A stretch of DNA of 64,000 nucleotides from Acidobacteriota bacterium (GTDB taxonomy: Bacteria; Acidobacteriota; UBA890; WLXD01), in assembly GCA_965205505.1 (NCBI GenBank), contig CBDBHB010000008.1, positions 544,001-608,000 of the forward strand, read 5' to 3'. How positions within the stretch are numbered: position 1 is the stretch's first letter; the number at the start of each line of letters is the position of its first letter. The position numbers and the translations under genes are program-made. The notes under the pieces are model-generated. The model saw nothing but the letters and a program-made list of their open reading frames with translations, made no database searches and was not told where the DNA came from. This document shows positions 50,269 through 60,237 of this stretch, piece after piece.

Positions 50269-50466
50269 ATGCGCACCGTACGCACGATCGACAAGCAGTT
50301 CTCGACCGAAGATTCGCTGCTACAGCGGTGGCGACGTGACGTCCGACTACTGCTCCGCATCGCGCGCATGATTCTCGACTACTTCACCGTTGGCGCCCGG
50401 ACGCGCCGCCTCTACCGGGCCAAGCAGGCCCGGAGCGAGATCTTTTGGGTCGACGAGGAGCTCTGA
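50269..50466 (+). CDS. Small basic hypothetical protein
   Basis: 65-aa ORF directly upstream of the Rdh-like gene. Confidence 0.6.
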   Translation: MRTVRTIDKQFSTEDSLLQRWRRDVRLLLRIARMILDYFTVGARTRRLYRAKQARSEIFWVDEEL

Positions 50467-50530
50467 GAATGGAGAAGATCCGTCCCGCCAGGTGGGTCGC
50501 GACAAGCACTCCCGACGGGTGGGCGATCCC

Positions 50531-51508
50531 GTGAAGGTCATCGATCCGCCCGCCCCTACCTACGACTTCTTCTACAGGTCGCTGCCGCCGTCCGGCAACC
50601 AGATCAACGGCCTCGGCGTGAAGGAAAAACGACGCGCCCGGCGCGTCTTCCACGATCCCTCAGAGAACGCCGAGTGGACCGCGCTCGACGAGTTCTTCAG
50701 CCGCATCTCGATTTGGGGAATCATCCGGCACATCCTCGCCAACGTTTGGCAGCTCCGGCGCCAGAACGGCCCGGTCAGCGCGCACCGAGTCGAGGTCGAC
50801 GATCCCCAGGCCATGGCCGACCGGATCAAGACCAAGGCTCGGGCCTTCGGTGCCGAGCTGGTCGGCGTCGCCGAGATCACGGATGCGGCGCTCTTCGACG
50901 GGTGTGAGGTTCCATATCGTTACGCCATCTGCATCGGCGCATCGATGAAGCGCGAAGAGATGCTCCACGTGCCGCACGATCGCGCCGGCATCGAGGTGAT
51001 GCGCTCGTATCGGGAGCTCTCACGCATCGCCATCGACCTCGCCGCGGAGATCCGCGCCATGGGCTGGCCGGCGATGGCCTACGGCAACCCGAATAGCACC
51101 GACATCCTCCACATTCCGCTCGCTATTCAAGCGGGGCTCGGACAACTCGGCAAACACGGCTCGATGATCAGCGAGGAGTTCGGCTCCAACTTCCGGTTGT
51201 CGGCGGTGGCAACCGATCTGCCACTCGCCATCGACCAGCCGGTCGACATCGGCGTCGACGACGTCTGCCTCCATTGCCAGCGCTGCGTGATCGATTGCCC
51301 GGCAGACGCGATCTTCAACGAGAAGCAGGTCGTGCGCGGTGAGAAGAAATGGTACGTCGACTTCGACAAGTGCGTCCCGTACTTCGTGAAGACGCAGGGC
51401 TGCGCGATTTGCATCGAAGTTTGCCCGTATAGCGAGCCCGGCCGCGGACCATGGTTGGTCGAGAGGGTCATGGCGACGCGAAAGAAAAGGGGCGCCGACG
51501 TGCAGTAG
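50531..51508 (+). CDS. Reductive-dehalogenase/QueG-like cobalamin and 2x[4Fe-4S] protein
   Basis: GAELVGV, IPLAIQAGLGQLG, CLHCQRCVIDCP, CAICIEVCP; start uncertain (50492 or 50531). Confidence 0.82.
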   Translation: MKVIDPPAPTYDFFYRSLPPSGNQINGLGVKEKRRARRVFHDPSENAEWTALDEFFSRISIWGIIRHILANVWQLRRQNGPVSAHRVEVDDPQAMADRIKTKARAFGAELVGVAEITDAALFDGCEVPYRYAICIGASMKREEMLHVPHDRAGIEVMRSYRELSRIAIDLAAEIRAMGWPAMAYGNPNSTDILHIPLAIQAGLGQLGKHGSMISEEFGSNFRLSAVATDLPLAIDQPVDIGVDDVCLHCQRCVIDCPADAIFNEKQVVRGEKKWYVDFDKCVPYFVKTQGCAICIEVCPYSEPGRGPWLVERVMATRKKRGADVQ

Positions 51509-51701
51509 TGGCGGCGCCGGATAACCCTGTGCGTTCCCAGCGCGAAGCGCGTCGGAGCTCCCAGAAACTTCTCTCAGATCATCGGAACCCCGAGATGGTG
51601 GCTATGTTCGGGTGATTCAGGGAGGCCAGGAGCCACCCTCACCGAGATCAACCTCCCGGACCGCGACGACGATCCGAAATAGCCGACGGCCGCGAAATAG
51701 C

Positions 51702-53243
51702 ATGGAGTATTCACCAAGACGAGCGGAGGACTACGTCGACCTGATCGATGCGGCGGTCGTCTATGAAGTGGCGACGAGGACCCCGCTCGAACTCGCCGGC
51801 AACCTGTCTGCGCGAATCGGCAACCGGATCCTGCTGAAGCGCGAGGACCTGCAGCCGGTCTTCTCGTTCAAGCTCCGGGGTGCATACAACAAGATCGCAT
51901 CGCTCTCGCAGCAGGCGCTGGGCGCTGGGGTCATATGCAGCTCGGCCGGTAACCACGCGCAGGGCGTGGCACTCGCCGCGCGACGGAAAGGCGCGCGGGC
52001 GGTAATCGTCATGCCGGTCACGACACCGAGCATCAAGGTCGATGCCGTCAGGGGGCTGGGAGGCGAGGTGATATTGCATGGCGACACCTACGACGACGCC
52101 TACGTCAGGGCGCGAGAGCTCGAGAAGATCGACGGCCTGACGTTCATCCATCCCTTCGACGATCCCGCGGTCATCGCCGGCCAGGGCACGATCGGCAAGG
52201 AGATCCTCGAGCAGGCGGACGAAGCCGTGAGCGCCGTCTTCGTTCCCATCGGCGGTGGTGGACTCATCTCGGGAATCGCAGCCTATATCAAGGCGAAACG
52301 GCCAGAAATCCGCATGATCGGCGTCGAGCCGGGAGATTCGGCGGTGATGCGAGACTCGGTAGCCGCCGGCGAGCGCATCATCCTGGAGCATGTCGGCAGC
52401 TTTGCCGACGCCGTCGCCGTCAAGCAGGTGGGCGAGGAGACCTTTCGGCTCTGCCGGGAGTTGGTCGACGATTTCGTCACCGTCGACACGGATCAGATCT
52501 GTGCCGCCATTCGCGACATATTCGAGGACACGCGCTCGATCGTCGAGCCTGCCGGAGCGCTGGCGGTCGCTGGCGCGAAGCAATATCTCGCCGAACACGC
52601 GGCGCGGGACGAGACCGTCGTGGTGATCAACGGCGGCGCCAACGTCAACTTCGACCGGCTGCGTCATATCGCCGAGCGCGCCGCCGTCGGTGAACAACAG
52701 GAGATGTTGCTGGCCGTCGAGATCCCGGAGAAACGCGGCAGTTTCAAGGCATTCTCCGAAGCCGTTGGCCGGCGCGGCGTCACCGAATTCAATTACCGCT
52801 ACAGCGACCCGAAGAACGCGCACATCTTCGTCGGCATCGAACTGCGTGGTGGCGCGCGGGAACGAGCGGAACTGATCGAGACGCTGCGGGGGCTCGGCTA
52901 TCGGCTCGACGACCTGAGCGATGACGAGATGGCGAAGCTCCACATCCGGCACATGGTCGGCGGCAGGGCGGCGAACCTCGAAAACGAACGGCTGTTCCGC
53001 TTCGAGTTTCCGGAACGTCCCGGTGCCCTACTCGACTTTCTGACCGCGATCGGCGCGAACTGGAACGTTAGCCTCTTCCACTACAGGAACCACGGCTCCG
53101 ACCACGGCCGGGTCCTCGCCGGCATCCAGGCGCCCGAAGAGGACTCGGACGAACTCGAGGCACACCTCACCGAGCTGGGCTATCCGTACTGGGAGGAGAG
53201 CGACAATCCGTCGTACGCGATGTTCCTGGCCTCGCCCGGCTAG
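51702..53243 (+). CDS. ilvA: Threonine ammonia-lyase, biosynthetic
   Basis: KREDLQPVFSFKLRGAYNK, SAGNHAQG, two regulatory repeats, FPERPGAL. Confidence 0.96.
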   Translation: MEYSPRRAEDYVDLIDAAVVYEVATRTPLELAGNLSARIGNRILLKREDLQPVFSFKLRGAYNKIASLSQQALGAGVICSSAGNHAQGVALAARRKGARAVIVMPVTTPSIKVDAVRGLGGEVILHGDTYDDAYVRARELEKIDGLTFIHPFDDPAVIAGQGTIGKEILEQADEAVSAVFVPIGGGGLISGIAAYIKAKRPEIRMIGVEPGDSAVMRDSVAAGERIILEHVGSFADAVAVKQVGEETFRLCRELVDDFVTVDTDQICAAIRDIFEDTRSIVEPAGALAVAGAKQYLAEHAARDETVVVINGGANVNFDRLRHIAERAAVGEQQEMLLAVEIPEKRGSFKAFSEAVGRRGVTEFNYRYSDPKNAHIFVGIELRGGARERAELIETLRGLGYRLDDLSDDEMAKLHIRHMVGGRAANLENERLFRFEFPERPGALLDFLTAIGANWNVSLFHYRNHGSDHGRVLAGIQAPEEDSDELEAHLTELGYPYWEESDNPSYAMFLASPG

Positions 53244-55507
53244 TGGCCTTCCACCACGCGCAGCGGCATCAGCCGGACCGCCTCGGCGGTCGTATCCACT
53301 ACTTGCAGCTCGACCACGTAGTCGCCGGGGTCGAGATACGGCAGCGGCAGAATCCCGCCGAATACGCCCGGACCCTCGGGCCGCAATGGATGGAGCGATA
53401 CCCAGGCGATGGAGTTTCGTGTGGCCTCTTGGAAGATCAAGGCAGAAACGTAGGGGTCCGTCGCGCCGCTGACCTGAACGCTCGCGAAGATCGGGATGCC
53501 CGCGGAGATGCCCTGGTTTAACAAGGGTCTGAGCCCGGCATCGGCCTCCAGAACGCCGAGCATCGGATCCGCCATCGTCCACCCGTCGCTGGACGGAACG
53601 CGCACCTGTAGCCTCGACGTGCCGAATCGGTCACCGCCGCCTTCAGCGATCAGCAGCCGGATATCGTAGGTTCCCGGCTCGACTGACCACTCCGTTGTGT
53701 ACCGGAAGTGTCGGAACGCAGCATCGGGCGCGTACTCCGCCAGATCGGCGCGCGGCCGAACCAACGAGTGAGTCTCGCCGCTGATCTTGCCCGCACTATC
53801 CAACGCGAGGGCATGCACGAGGAAGTACGGGATGCCGAGCACGTCGATCAGCTGCTCGGGGATATCCTCGGCGGAATCGACTCCCCCGAACGCGGGCGCC
53901 CAGCTACCGGTGATCGTCTCTGCGGGCCGCGGCAACCCGGCAACCAGTAGGATCTTGGGCGAGCCGTCGGGCTCAAAGCGGTGGAACGAGGCGGCGGGCA
54001 CAGGACGTCCCATGACTGAGCCCGGCAGCGCCAAGGCTGCGGCCACCTTGCGCGCCCTGAGCTCCGAATCCGGCAGCTCTCGATAGCCTGACCGGGCTCG
54101 CACCTCCGAGTCCGGGTAGCTCACCTGCACCTCGATCGCGTGGTACTCGCCATCCTCGTGTGGCGCCGGTGGCTCATAGAAGATCAAGTAGAACTGCGTC
54201 GAGTCGTTGTACTGCTCCTCGAACGCCCGGTCGAGATCGCTCCAGCCGATGAACGCCCGGCCGCCGGTCTTGGCCGCCAGGTCCACGAGCGGTACGGTTA
54301 GATCGCGATAGGCTTGCCGCACGTGGCGTCGCATGGCCGTGTTGAGCACACCAGAGCCGATGGCGGCACTCTTGCCGAGGCTGTTGAGCTCCGAGATCGG
54401 GCGCGGATCGACCGCGTAAATGCTCACGTTGCCGGTGTTCGCGGTCTCGTACACCTCCTCCATCAGGTCGAGGACGCGCTGGTTGAGTGCCAACCTCGAC
54501 AGAGTCGAAGTTCCCATCGGAGCGTCGACCGCCTCACGCACCGCCGCCGAGAAAGCCGAGTAGGGTCCCCCCTCGGTGATCATCGCACCGGAGGAGATCC
54601 ACACCAGGGCAGTGCGGCCCTCCATTGCCGACAAGGCGTTGGTGAAGTGAAGAAGTGTCCGAAGCGTCTGCTCGCTGCGCAGACGCTCGAGCTCGCCATC
54701 TACCTCGGCCTTTCGCTCGAGGTTCTTGAGAATCACGCCCACCATGACCGGGGTCAAATCGTCGGAGTTCGCCGCTGACGGAGAATTTGCCGCGTCGATC
54801 GCCAGCTGCATGATCGGCTGATACTCCCGCTCCATGCGGCTGAAGATAGACGTGCTCGTCAGCCCTTCCGCCGTCACCGACGCCGCCGCATTGCGAAGCA
54901 CTTCACGATCGGTCGTCAACGGGGCCATCTCCCGAACAGTGCCCGTGCTATCGATCATGAACACGCTGCGCGGCACCTCCAGGTCACCCGCCCCTTCGAA
55001 CAAACTCTCGAGAGTTCTGGTTAGCCGTTGCTTGTTCCTTCGATCCAGGCTCGGCAGGTCGACCAGATAGACCACAGCCCCGAGACTTGCAGAGCTTCGC
55101 CGGATGGGTGTGGGCTCCGCCGGCACAGCGAGCGATTCCTCGCGCGCCGTGACCGTTTCGTCGTGAGAGGCCACGTTGGTGACCTTTCCGCTTGTCAGGC
55201 TGACGAACTGGACGTTCAAGATCTCCTGCTCGACCCCGTCCTCGAAGACCCGGAAGTCGTCCGCCTTCAAGTCGTCGATGAAATTGCCGTCCTTGTCGGT
55301 AACGATGGCGTCGACACGCACGCGCGAAACCGCGGACCGAAACGTCGGCGTCTGCGCCGGCAGCGCCTCCTGAGCCAGCATCACACTAGACGTCGCACTC
55401 CAGCTCGCGCCGGCCACCGCGACGGCACTCGCAGCCGGTAGCCCGACGACGGTCAACGCCAGGACGAAGCCGAAGAACCGAATTGCGTGCTCACGCTCTT
55501 TCACCAA
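53240..55507 (-). CDS. VWFA-related Acidobacterial-domain protein
   Basis: PTFRS...VDAIVTDKDG..IDDL..DDFRVFEDG, TGGRAF, VRARSGY. Confidence 0.85.
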   Translation of the reverse strand: MVKEREHAIRFFGFVLALTVVGLPAASAVAVAGASWSATSSVMLAQEALPAQTPTFRSAVSRVRVDAIVTDKDGNFIDDLKADDFRVFEDGVEQEILNVQFVSLTSGKVTNVASHDETVTAREESLAVPAEPTPIRRSSASLGAVVYLVDLPSLDRRNKQRLTRTLESLFEGAGDLEVPRSVFMIDSTGTVREMAPLTTDREVLRNAAASVTAEGLTSTSIFSRMEREYQPIMQLAIDAANSPSAANSDDLTPVMVGVILKNLERKAEVDGELERLRSEQTLRTLLHFTNALSAMEGRTALVWISSGAMITEGGPYSAFSAAVREAVDAPMGTSTLSRLALNQRVLDLMEEVYETANTGNVSIYAVDPRPISELNSLGKSAAIGSGVLNTAMRRHVRQAYRDLTVPLVDLAAKTGGRAFIGWSDLDRAFEEQYNDSTQFYLIFYEPPAPHEDGEYHAIEVQVSYPDSEVRARSGYRELPDSELRARKVAAALALPGSVMGRPVPAASFHRFEPDGSPKILLVAGLPRPAETITGSWAPAFGGVDSAEDIPEQLIDVLGIPYFLVHALALDSAGKISGETHSLVRPRADLAEYAPDAAFRHFRYTTEWSVEPGTYDIRLLIAEGGGDRFGTSRLQVRVPSSDGWTMADPMLGVLEADAGLRPLLNQGISAGIPIFASVQVSGATDPYVSALIFQEATRNSIAWVSLHPLRPEGPGVFGGILPLPYLDPGDYVVELQVVDTTAEAVRLMPLRVVEGH

Positions 55508-55625
55508 AGATCTCCTGCGCCCAAGGGCACCTCACACATCACCGCCCCAAACCTACCTGCTGGCGGCGCGCCGGTTCAACTCCCAGGCGATCGTCGACAA
55601 CGAATCTTCGTAAGCTGTTGAAAAA

Positions 55626-55651
55626 AAGTACCGAGGGAGGGACTCGAACCC
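55626..55651 (-). repeat. tRNA-Leu T-arm/acceptor fragment (att)
   Basis: GGGTTCGAGTCCCTCCCTCGGTACTT, identical to 8125-8150. Confidence 0.9.
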
Positions 55652-55760
55652 CGACTGCCCGAGTGATCTCCTTCGCCGTCTACACTATCGAACCCAACGC
55701 GGGGCGACGCCAGGTCGCGGCGCGCGCGTGTGTCGAAAACCAGCCAAGGAAGATGGAAGA

Positions 55761-57371
55761 ATGAGAAGTCTTGCTGCCGTCACCCTTGCGGGTGTTTTGT
55801 TGTCGGCCTGCGCGACCAGCCGGGGTACCGACACTCGAGCCGTGATTGCGGCGCCGGGAACTGGCAGCACGCCCGAGTTTCTCCAACCTATCGATCTGAT
55901 TCCGTCCGCTCTCGGACCCTTCACTTGGACCATCAGCACCAGCGAGCCACGAGCCCAGGAATACTTCGACCAGGGGATGCAGCTCCGGTATGCCTACAAC
56001 GTGACGGAGGCAGCGCGCTCGATGGCCGAGGCGAGGCGCCTGGATCCGCAGTGCGCGATGTGCTTCTGGGGTGAGGCCTTCGCCCTGGGCTCGTTTCTCA
56101 ACGGCGGCATGAGCGTCGATCGATCGCGGCGGGCGCACGCGGCGATCGAGGAAGCAGTCGCTCTTTCCAGCAGCGCGACAGCTATCGAGCGTGACCTGAT
56201 CCTGGCGGCGCGAGATCGCTACCCCGCGGACTACGACCCTGAACAACGGCGCCCAATCGACGAGTCGTTCGCCGAGGAAATGGCGAAGGTGTACGAGAAG
56301 TACCGGGACCATCCCGAGGTAGCCGTCGTCTATGCGGTGGCTCTGTTCCTGCTCGAGGAGAGACTCGGTCACCGAGATGTCGAGGACCCCGACCTGATTC
56401 GACTTCACGGAGTGCTGACCGGCGTTCTGGAGGACAACGTCGAGCATCCGGGCGCCTGCCACCTCTACGTCCACGCCACGGAGTCGAGCCAACACCCGGA
56501 GTTGGCGCTCGAGTGTGTTGAACACCTCGGTCGGTCGGTGCCGGTGGCCAGCCACGTCCAGCACATGCCCTCGCATACCTGGAACGAGGTCGGTCTGTGG
56601 GGGCGGTCGGTCCAGGCCAACGTTGCGGCCGGGCACTCGGACCAAAAAGCGGCGAAGAAGCTCGGCTTCTCCTACGGGAGGACTCACAACCTGCACATGC
56701 TGCTGTTCGCCGCCTCGATGGACGGACAAGGCGCGATCGCGACCCAGGCAGGCAAGGATTTCGCGAAGCTCGGCGGCAACACGATGCATCAGGTGTTGAC
56801 CCTTCTGCGTTTCGGTCGTTTCGACGAGATCCTCCAAGTCAAGAAGCGCCCCTCGGCTGAGGTTGCTCGCGGCTTCTGGGAGTTCGCCCAAGGCTATGCC
56901 GAGCTGCGGACCGGCGACGCTGCGGCCGCGCACAAACATCTGGCGTGGGTTCAGGACCTGGCGCAGCATTCCGAGGCAACACTCGGGTTTCACCCAGCCA
57001 AACAGCTGATGGGCCTCGCAGCGGCGATCCTCGAAGGCGAGATCCTCCGCGCCCAGGGCGACCTCCGAGCCGCGATCGACGCATTCGAGCGCGCGGCCGC
57101 TCTCGACGACCAGCAGCAATACGACGAGCCCGAGCCGATCCCGTTCGCAGCCCGCCACTGGCTTGGCGCAGCACTCCTTCAGGCCGGGCGCCCGGCCGAA
57201 GCGGAGGACGTGTACCGGACCGAGCTCGCGGACCATCCGCACAACGTTTGGTCGCTCCACGGCCTGAGAGCCGCATTGGAGGCCCAAGGCAAGACCGACC
57301 CGGAGGTGGAGCGAGACTTCGCCCAGAGCACTGCCCGAAGTGACACCTGGATCACTGCCTCCCGGTTCTAG
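55761..57371 (+). CDS. TPR-like lipoprotein
   Basis: LSAC lipobox; AQEYFDQG, HPGACHLYVH, HVQHMPSH. Confidence 0.88.
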   Translation: MRSLAAVTLAGVLLSACATSRGTDTRAVIAAPGTGSTPEFLQPIDLIPSALGPFTWTISTSEPRAQEYFDQGMQLRYAYNVTEAARSMAEARRLDPQCAMCFWGEAFALGSFLNGGMSVDRSRRAHAAIEEAVALSSSATAIERDLILAARDRYPADYDPEQRRPIDESFAEEMAKVYEKYRDHPEVAVVYAVALFLLEERLGHRDVEDPDLIRLHGVLTGVLEDNVEHPGACHLYVHATESSQHPELALECVEHLGRSVPVASHVQHMPSHTWNEVGLWGRSVQANVAAGHSDQKAAKKLGFSYGRTHNLHMLLFAASMDGQGAIATQAGKDFAKLGGNTMHQVLTLLRFGRFDEILQVKKRPSAEVARGFWEFAQGYAELRTGDAAAAHKHLAWVQDLAQHSEATLGFHPAKQLMGLAAAILEGEILRAQGDLRAAIDAFERAAALDDQQQYDEPEPIPFAARHWLGAALLQAGRPAEAEDVYRTELADHPHNVWSLHGLRAALEAQGKTDPEVERDFAQSTARSDTWITASRF

Positions 57372-57574
57372 CGCGAACCAGCGAACCAAAACGCTCGTGG
57401 GCCGAGTTGCGGCCCCGGAGTGGCCTCCGCGACCTTGGTTGCGCTCAAGCCTCGAGGGCCGTCAGAGGGCGCTTTCGGGCCCTCGCCAGGAGCCGCTCTA
57501 GCTCATGTTCGATGTTGGTACGTCGAACATCGGGAGCGTTCTGCGAGGCGACCTGAGCGTGATAGCTTGCTCGG

Positions 57575-58972
57575 ATGAATCGCCTCGTGCTCTGCACGGT
57601 CGGGTCAGCCCTGCTGGCGCTCATGGGCACATCCGCCGTTGGTCAAGACCAGTGGCCACGGTTCCGCGGCCCGCACGCGGGTGCCGTTGCCGACGATCCC
57701 GCCCTGCCCGACGCCTGGAGCGAGACCGACAACATCGTCTGGAAGATCGACATTCCCGGGCAGAGCTGGAGCTCGCCTGTGGTATGGGGCAATCACGTCT
57801 TCGTCACCTCCGCGGTCAGCGCCGGTGACGAGCCCGCTCCGGTACCTGGCCTCTACGAGGAGGGCCACGACTTCGGGGGGATAAAAACATCGGAGCAGCA
57901 TCGCTGGGTGGTGTACGACGTCGACTTCGCTACCGGAAACCTCAACTGGGAGCGCCAGCTGCACCGCGCCAACCCGCCCTTCGCCAAACACATCAAGAAC
58001 ACCTACGCGACCGAAACGCCGGTCACGGACGGCCGACATCTGTACGTGTACTTCGGCAGTATCGGTCTCGTCGGCGCCTTGAGCATGAGCGGCGAGACCG
58101 TCTGGACCACGAAGGTCGATGTGTTCGAGACGCGGTGGCAGTATGGCCCGGCTGCCTCGCCGGCCCTGCACGACGACCGTCTTTACATCCTCAACGACAA
58201 CGCCACCGGAACGTTCCTCGTTGCCTTCGACACGGAGACCGGCGAGGAGATCTGGAGGGTACTTCGCGAGGAGCACGGCGGGGCGAACTGGTCGAGGAGC
58301 TGGTCAACGCCGTTCGTATGGGAAAACGAGCTGCGCACCGAGATCGTTACGGCAGGAGCCGCCGGCGTCCGGTCGTACGATCTCGATGGCAACCTGCTGT
58401 GGCAGATCGACGGTATGTCGTCGATGACCGTACCCACACCGTTCGCCAAGCACGGGCTGGTCTATATCAGTGCGGGCTACCCAGGGGGAGCGCTGCGTCC
58501 GGTCTACGCTGTTCGCCCCGGCGCCTCGGGCGACATCACGCTCTGGGAAAAGGGTGGCCCGTCGACCGCTTTCCCCGGCCCGCTGAGATCATCAGAACAC
58601 ATCGCCTGGTCGTACCCACTGCTCGGTCCTTACAGCGTGTCGACGCTGGTGTACGGGGACTACCACTACACGTTGCTCGACCGGGGGTTCCTTCTCTGCC
58701 ACGACGCTCGCACCGGAGAAGAGATCTACGGCCGCCAGCGCATCGAGATCGGCAACGGTTTCACCGCCTCGCCGTGGGGCTACAACGGCAAGATCTTCCT
58801 GCTGAGCGAGGACGGCGATACGTTCGTGGTGCAAGCGGGGCCGGAGTTCAAGATACTCGGCAAGAATGCGCTCGATGAGATGTCGCTGGCAACGCCGGCC
58901 GTGGTGCGCGGAAGCGTGATTCTGCGGACGCAATCGAAGCTCTACCGGATCGCCAGAGGCACGCAGCGATGA
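57575..58972 (+). CDS. Secreted PQQ-like beta-propeller (BamB-like) protein
   Basis: WPRFRGP, SWSSPVVWG, SWSTP, FTASPW. Confidence 0.9.
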   Translation: MNRLVLCTVGSALLALMGTSAVGQDQWPRFRGPHAGAVADDPALPDAWSETDNIVWKIDIPGQSWSSPVVWGNHVFVTSAVSAGDEPAPVPGLYEEGHDFGGIKTSEQHRWVVYDVDFATGNLNWERQLHRANPPFAKHIKNTYATETPVTDGRHLYVYFGSIGLVGALSMSGETVWTTKVDVFETRWQYGPAASPALHDDRLYILNDNATGTFLVAFDTETGEEIWRVLREEHGGANWSRSWSTPFVWENELRTEIVTAGAAGVRSYDLDGNLLWQIDGMSSMTVPTPFAKHGLVYISAGYPGGALRPVYAVRPGASGDITLWEKGGPSTAFPGPLRSSEHIAWSYPLLGPYSVSTLVYGDYHYTLLDRGFLLCHDARTGEEIYGRQRIEIGNGFTASPWGYNGKIFLLSEDGDTFVVQAGPEFKILGKNALDEMSLATPAVVRGSVILRTQSKLYRIARGTQR

Positions 58973-58976
58973 GCCG

Positions 58977-59993
58977 ATGAGTCGCCGCTGGGCGCTGCCG
59001 GCCCGGTGCGCCCCGGTCTTCGTTGCCCTGGTCTTCGTTGCCCCGGTGCCTGGCGCCGTGCCGGCAATCACTCAAGGAGTGCACCTCGAACAGGTCGGCT
59101 CGATTCCCGTGCCGGCGGCGCCGCGGGCGGGGTATCTGGCTAGCCAGGTGACGGCACGCGATGACTACGCCTACATCTCGCTAGGCAAGGCCTTCACGAT
59201 CTACGAGGTCTCGGATCCAGCCGCACCGCAGCGCCTGGGATCGTACGAGTTCCCCGACGAGATCTGGAGGTTCAGGATCACCGGCTCGCGTGCGTACGTC
59301 GGCGCCAACTTCTTCGGGCTCGGCATCCTCGACCTGTCGGATCCGACGGCGCCGAGGCTCGTAGGCACGCACGACACACTCGGTCAGGCCTCGATCGCGG
59401 CGGCCTTCGAAACCAAGGTCGTGATCATCGACCACATGGAAGGCCTGGTGATGGTCGACGTATCTGACGAGGCCGAGCCAGTGCTAGTCGGTTCTTACTA
59501 CCTTGACGGCTACGCTCGCGATGTCGTCACGCTCGGGTCGCTGGCGTTTGCGACGGAATCGCCCAGCGGACTCTATGTGTTCGACCTCTCGAGGCCGGGC
59601 CCACCAGAGCCGGTCAGCATACTCCACGCTGCCGGCGCGCCGCGGGCGATCGAGGTGTCGTCCGCGGGTGGTGGGTCGACGCTCCTATGCGGTGCCAGCG
59701 GCGGCGATCTCCAGGTGTACGACGTGTCGGATCCGCTGGCGCCGGTCAGGGCGGCGACGTTCGAGACGCCAGGTCGTGCCGAGCACGTGGCGCTAGATGG
59801 TGCGGTCGCCTACGTTGCCGACGGCGAGGCGGGAATTCAGATCGTGGATCTGTCAACGCCCACGGAGCCGAGACTGCTCGGCTCCTACGAATTGGCAAGG
59901 CGGGCGCACTATGTGTCTGTCGCCGGCTCACACGTCTTCGTCGTCGCGGGCGACGAGGAAGACGCGGAAGTGGTGATCCTGAGACGGTTCTGA
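58977..59993 (+). CDS. LVIVD-repeat protein
   Basis: Repeated GL.I.D.SDP..P..VG units. Confidence 0.88.
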   Translation: MSRRWALPARCAPVFVALVFVAPVPGAVPAITQGVHLEQVGSIPVPAAPRAGYLASQVTARDDYAYISLGKAFTIYEVSDPAAPQRLGSYEFPDEIWRFRITGSRAYVGANFFGLGILDLSDPTAPRLVGTHDTLGQASIAAAFETKVVIIDHMEGLVMVDVSDEAEPVLVGSYYLDGYARDVVTLGSLAFATESPSGLYVFDLSRPGPPEPVSILHAAGAPRAIEVSSAGGGSTLLCGASGGDLQVYDVSDPLAPVRAATFETPGRAEHVALDGAVAYVADGEAGIQIVDLSTPTEPRLLGSYELARRAHYVSVAGSHVFVVAGDEEDAEVVILRRF

Positions 59994-60237
59994 CGAGCCA
60001 ACGTCGGCAATGCTGGAACGTCCCCGCATCGACTCTGGTCTCTTCAACATGTCCGATGCTGGGGCTGATCGCGAGGAGATCATCGGCCCCGTGAGGTGCT
60101 CGGCGGGGTAGCGACAGTGCCAGCCGCCGTGGGAGAGTCGGGGGCGCGGCAGGGCCAAACGGGTCGCCCCCTGCGGCACGATAGGATCGCAGCTTCATGG
60201 CGCGGGCGACGAGGCGCAGAGAACGGAGCCGGGTTCG

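Noticed and set aside
55680-57389. Long antisense ORFs (this 569-aa one, also 51711..52952 and 42018..43187)
   Set aside because: They are shadow frames of well-supported genes in GC-rich DNA.
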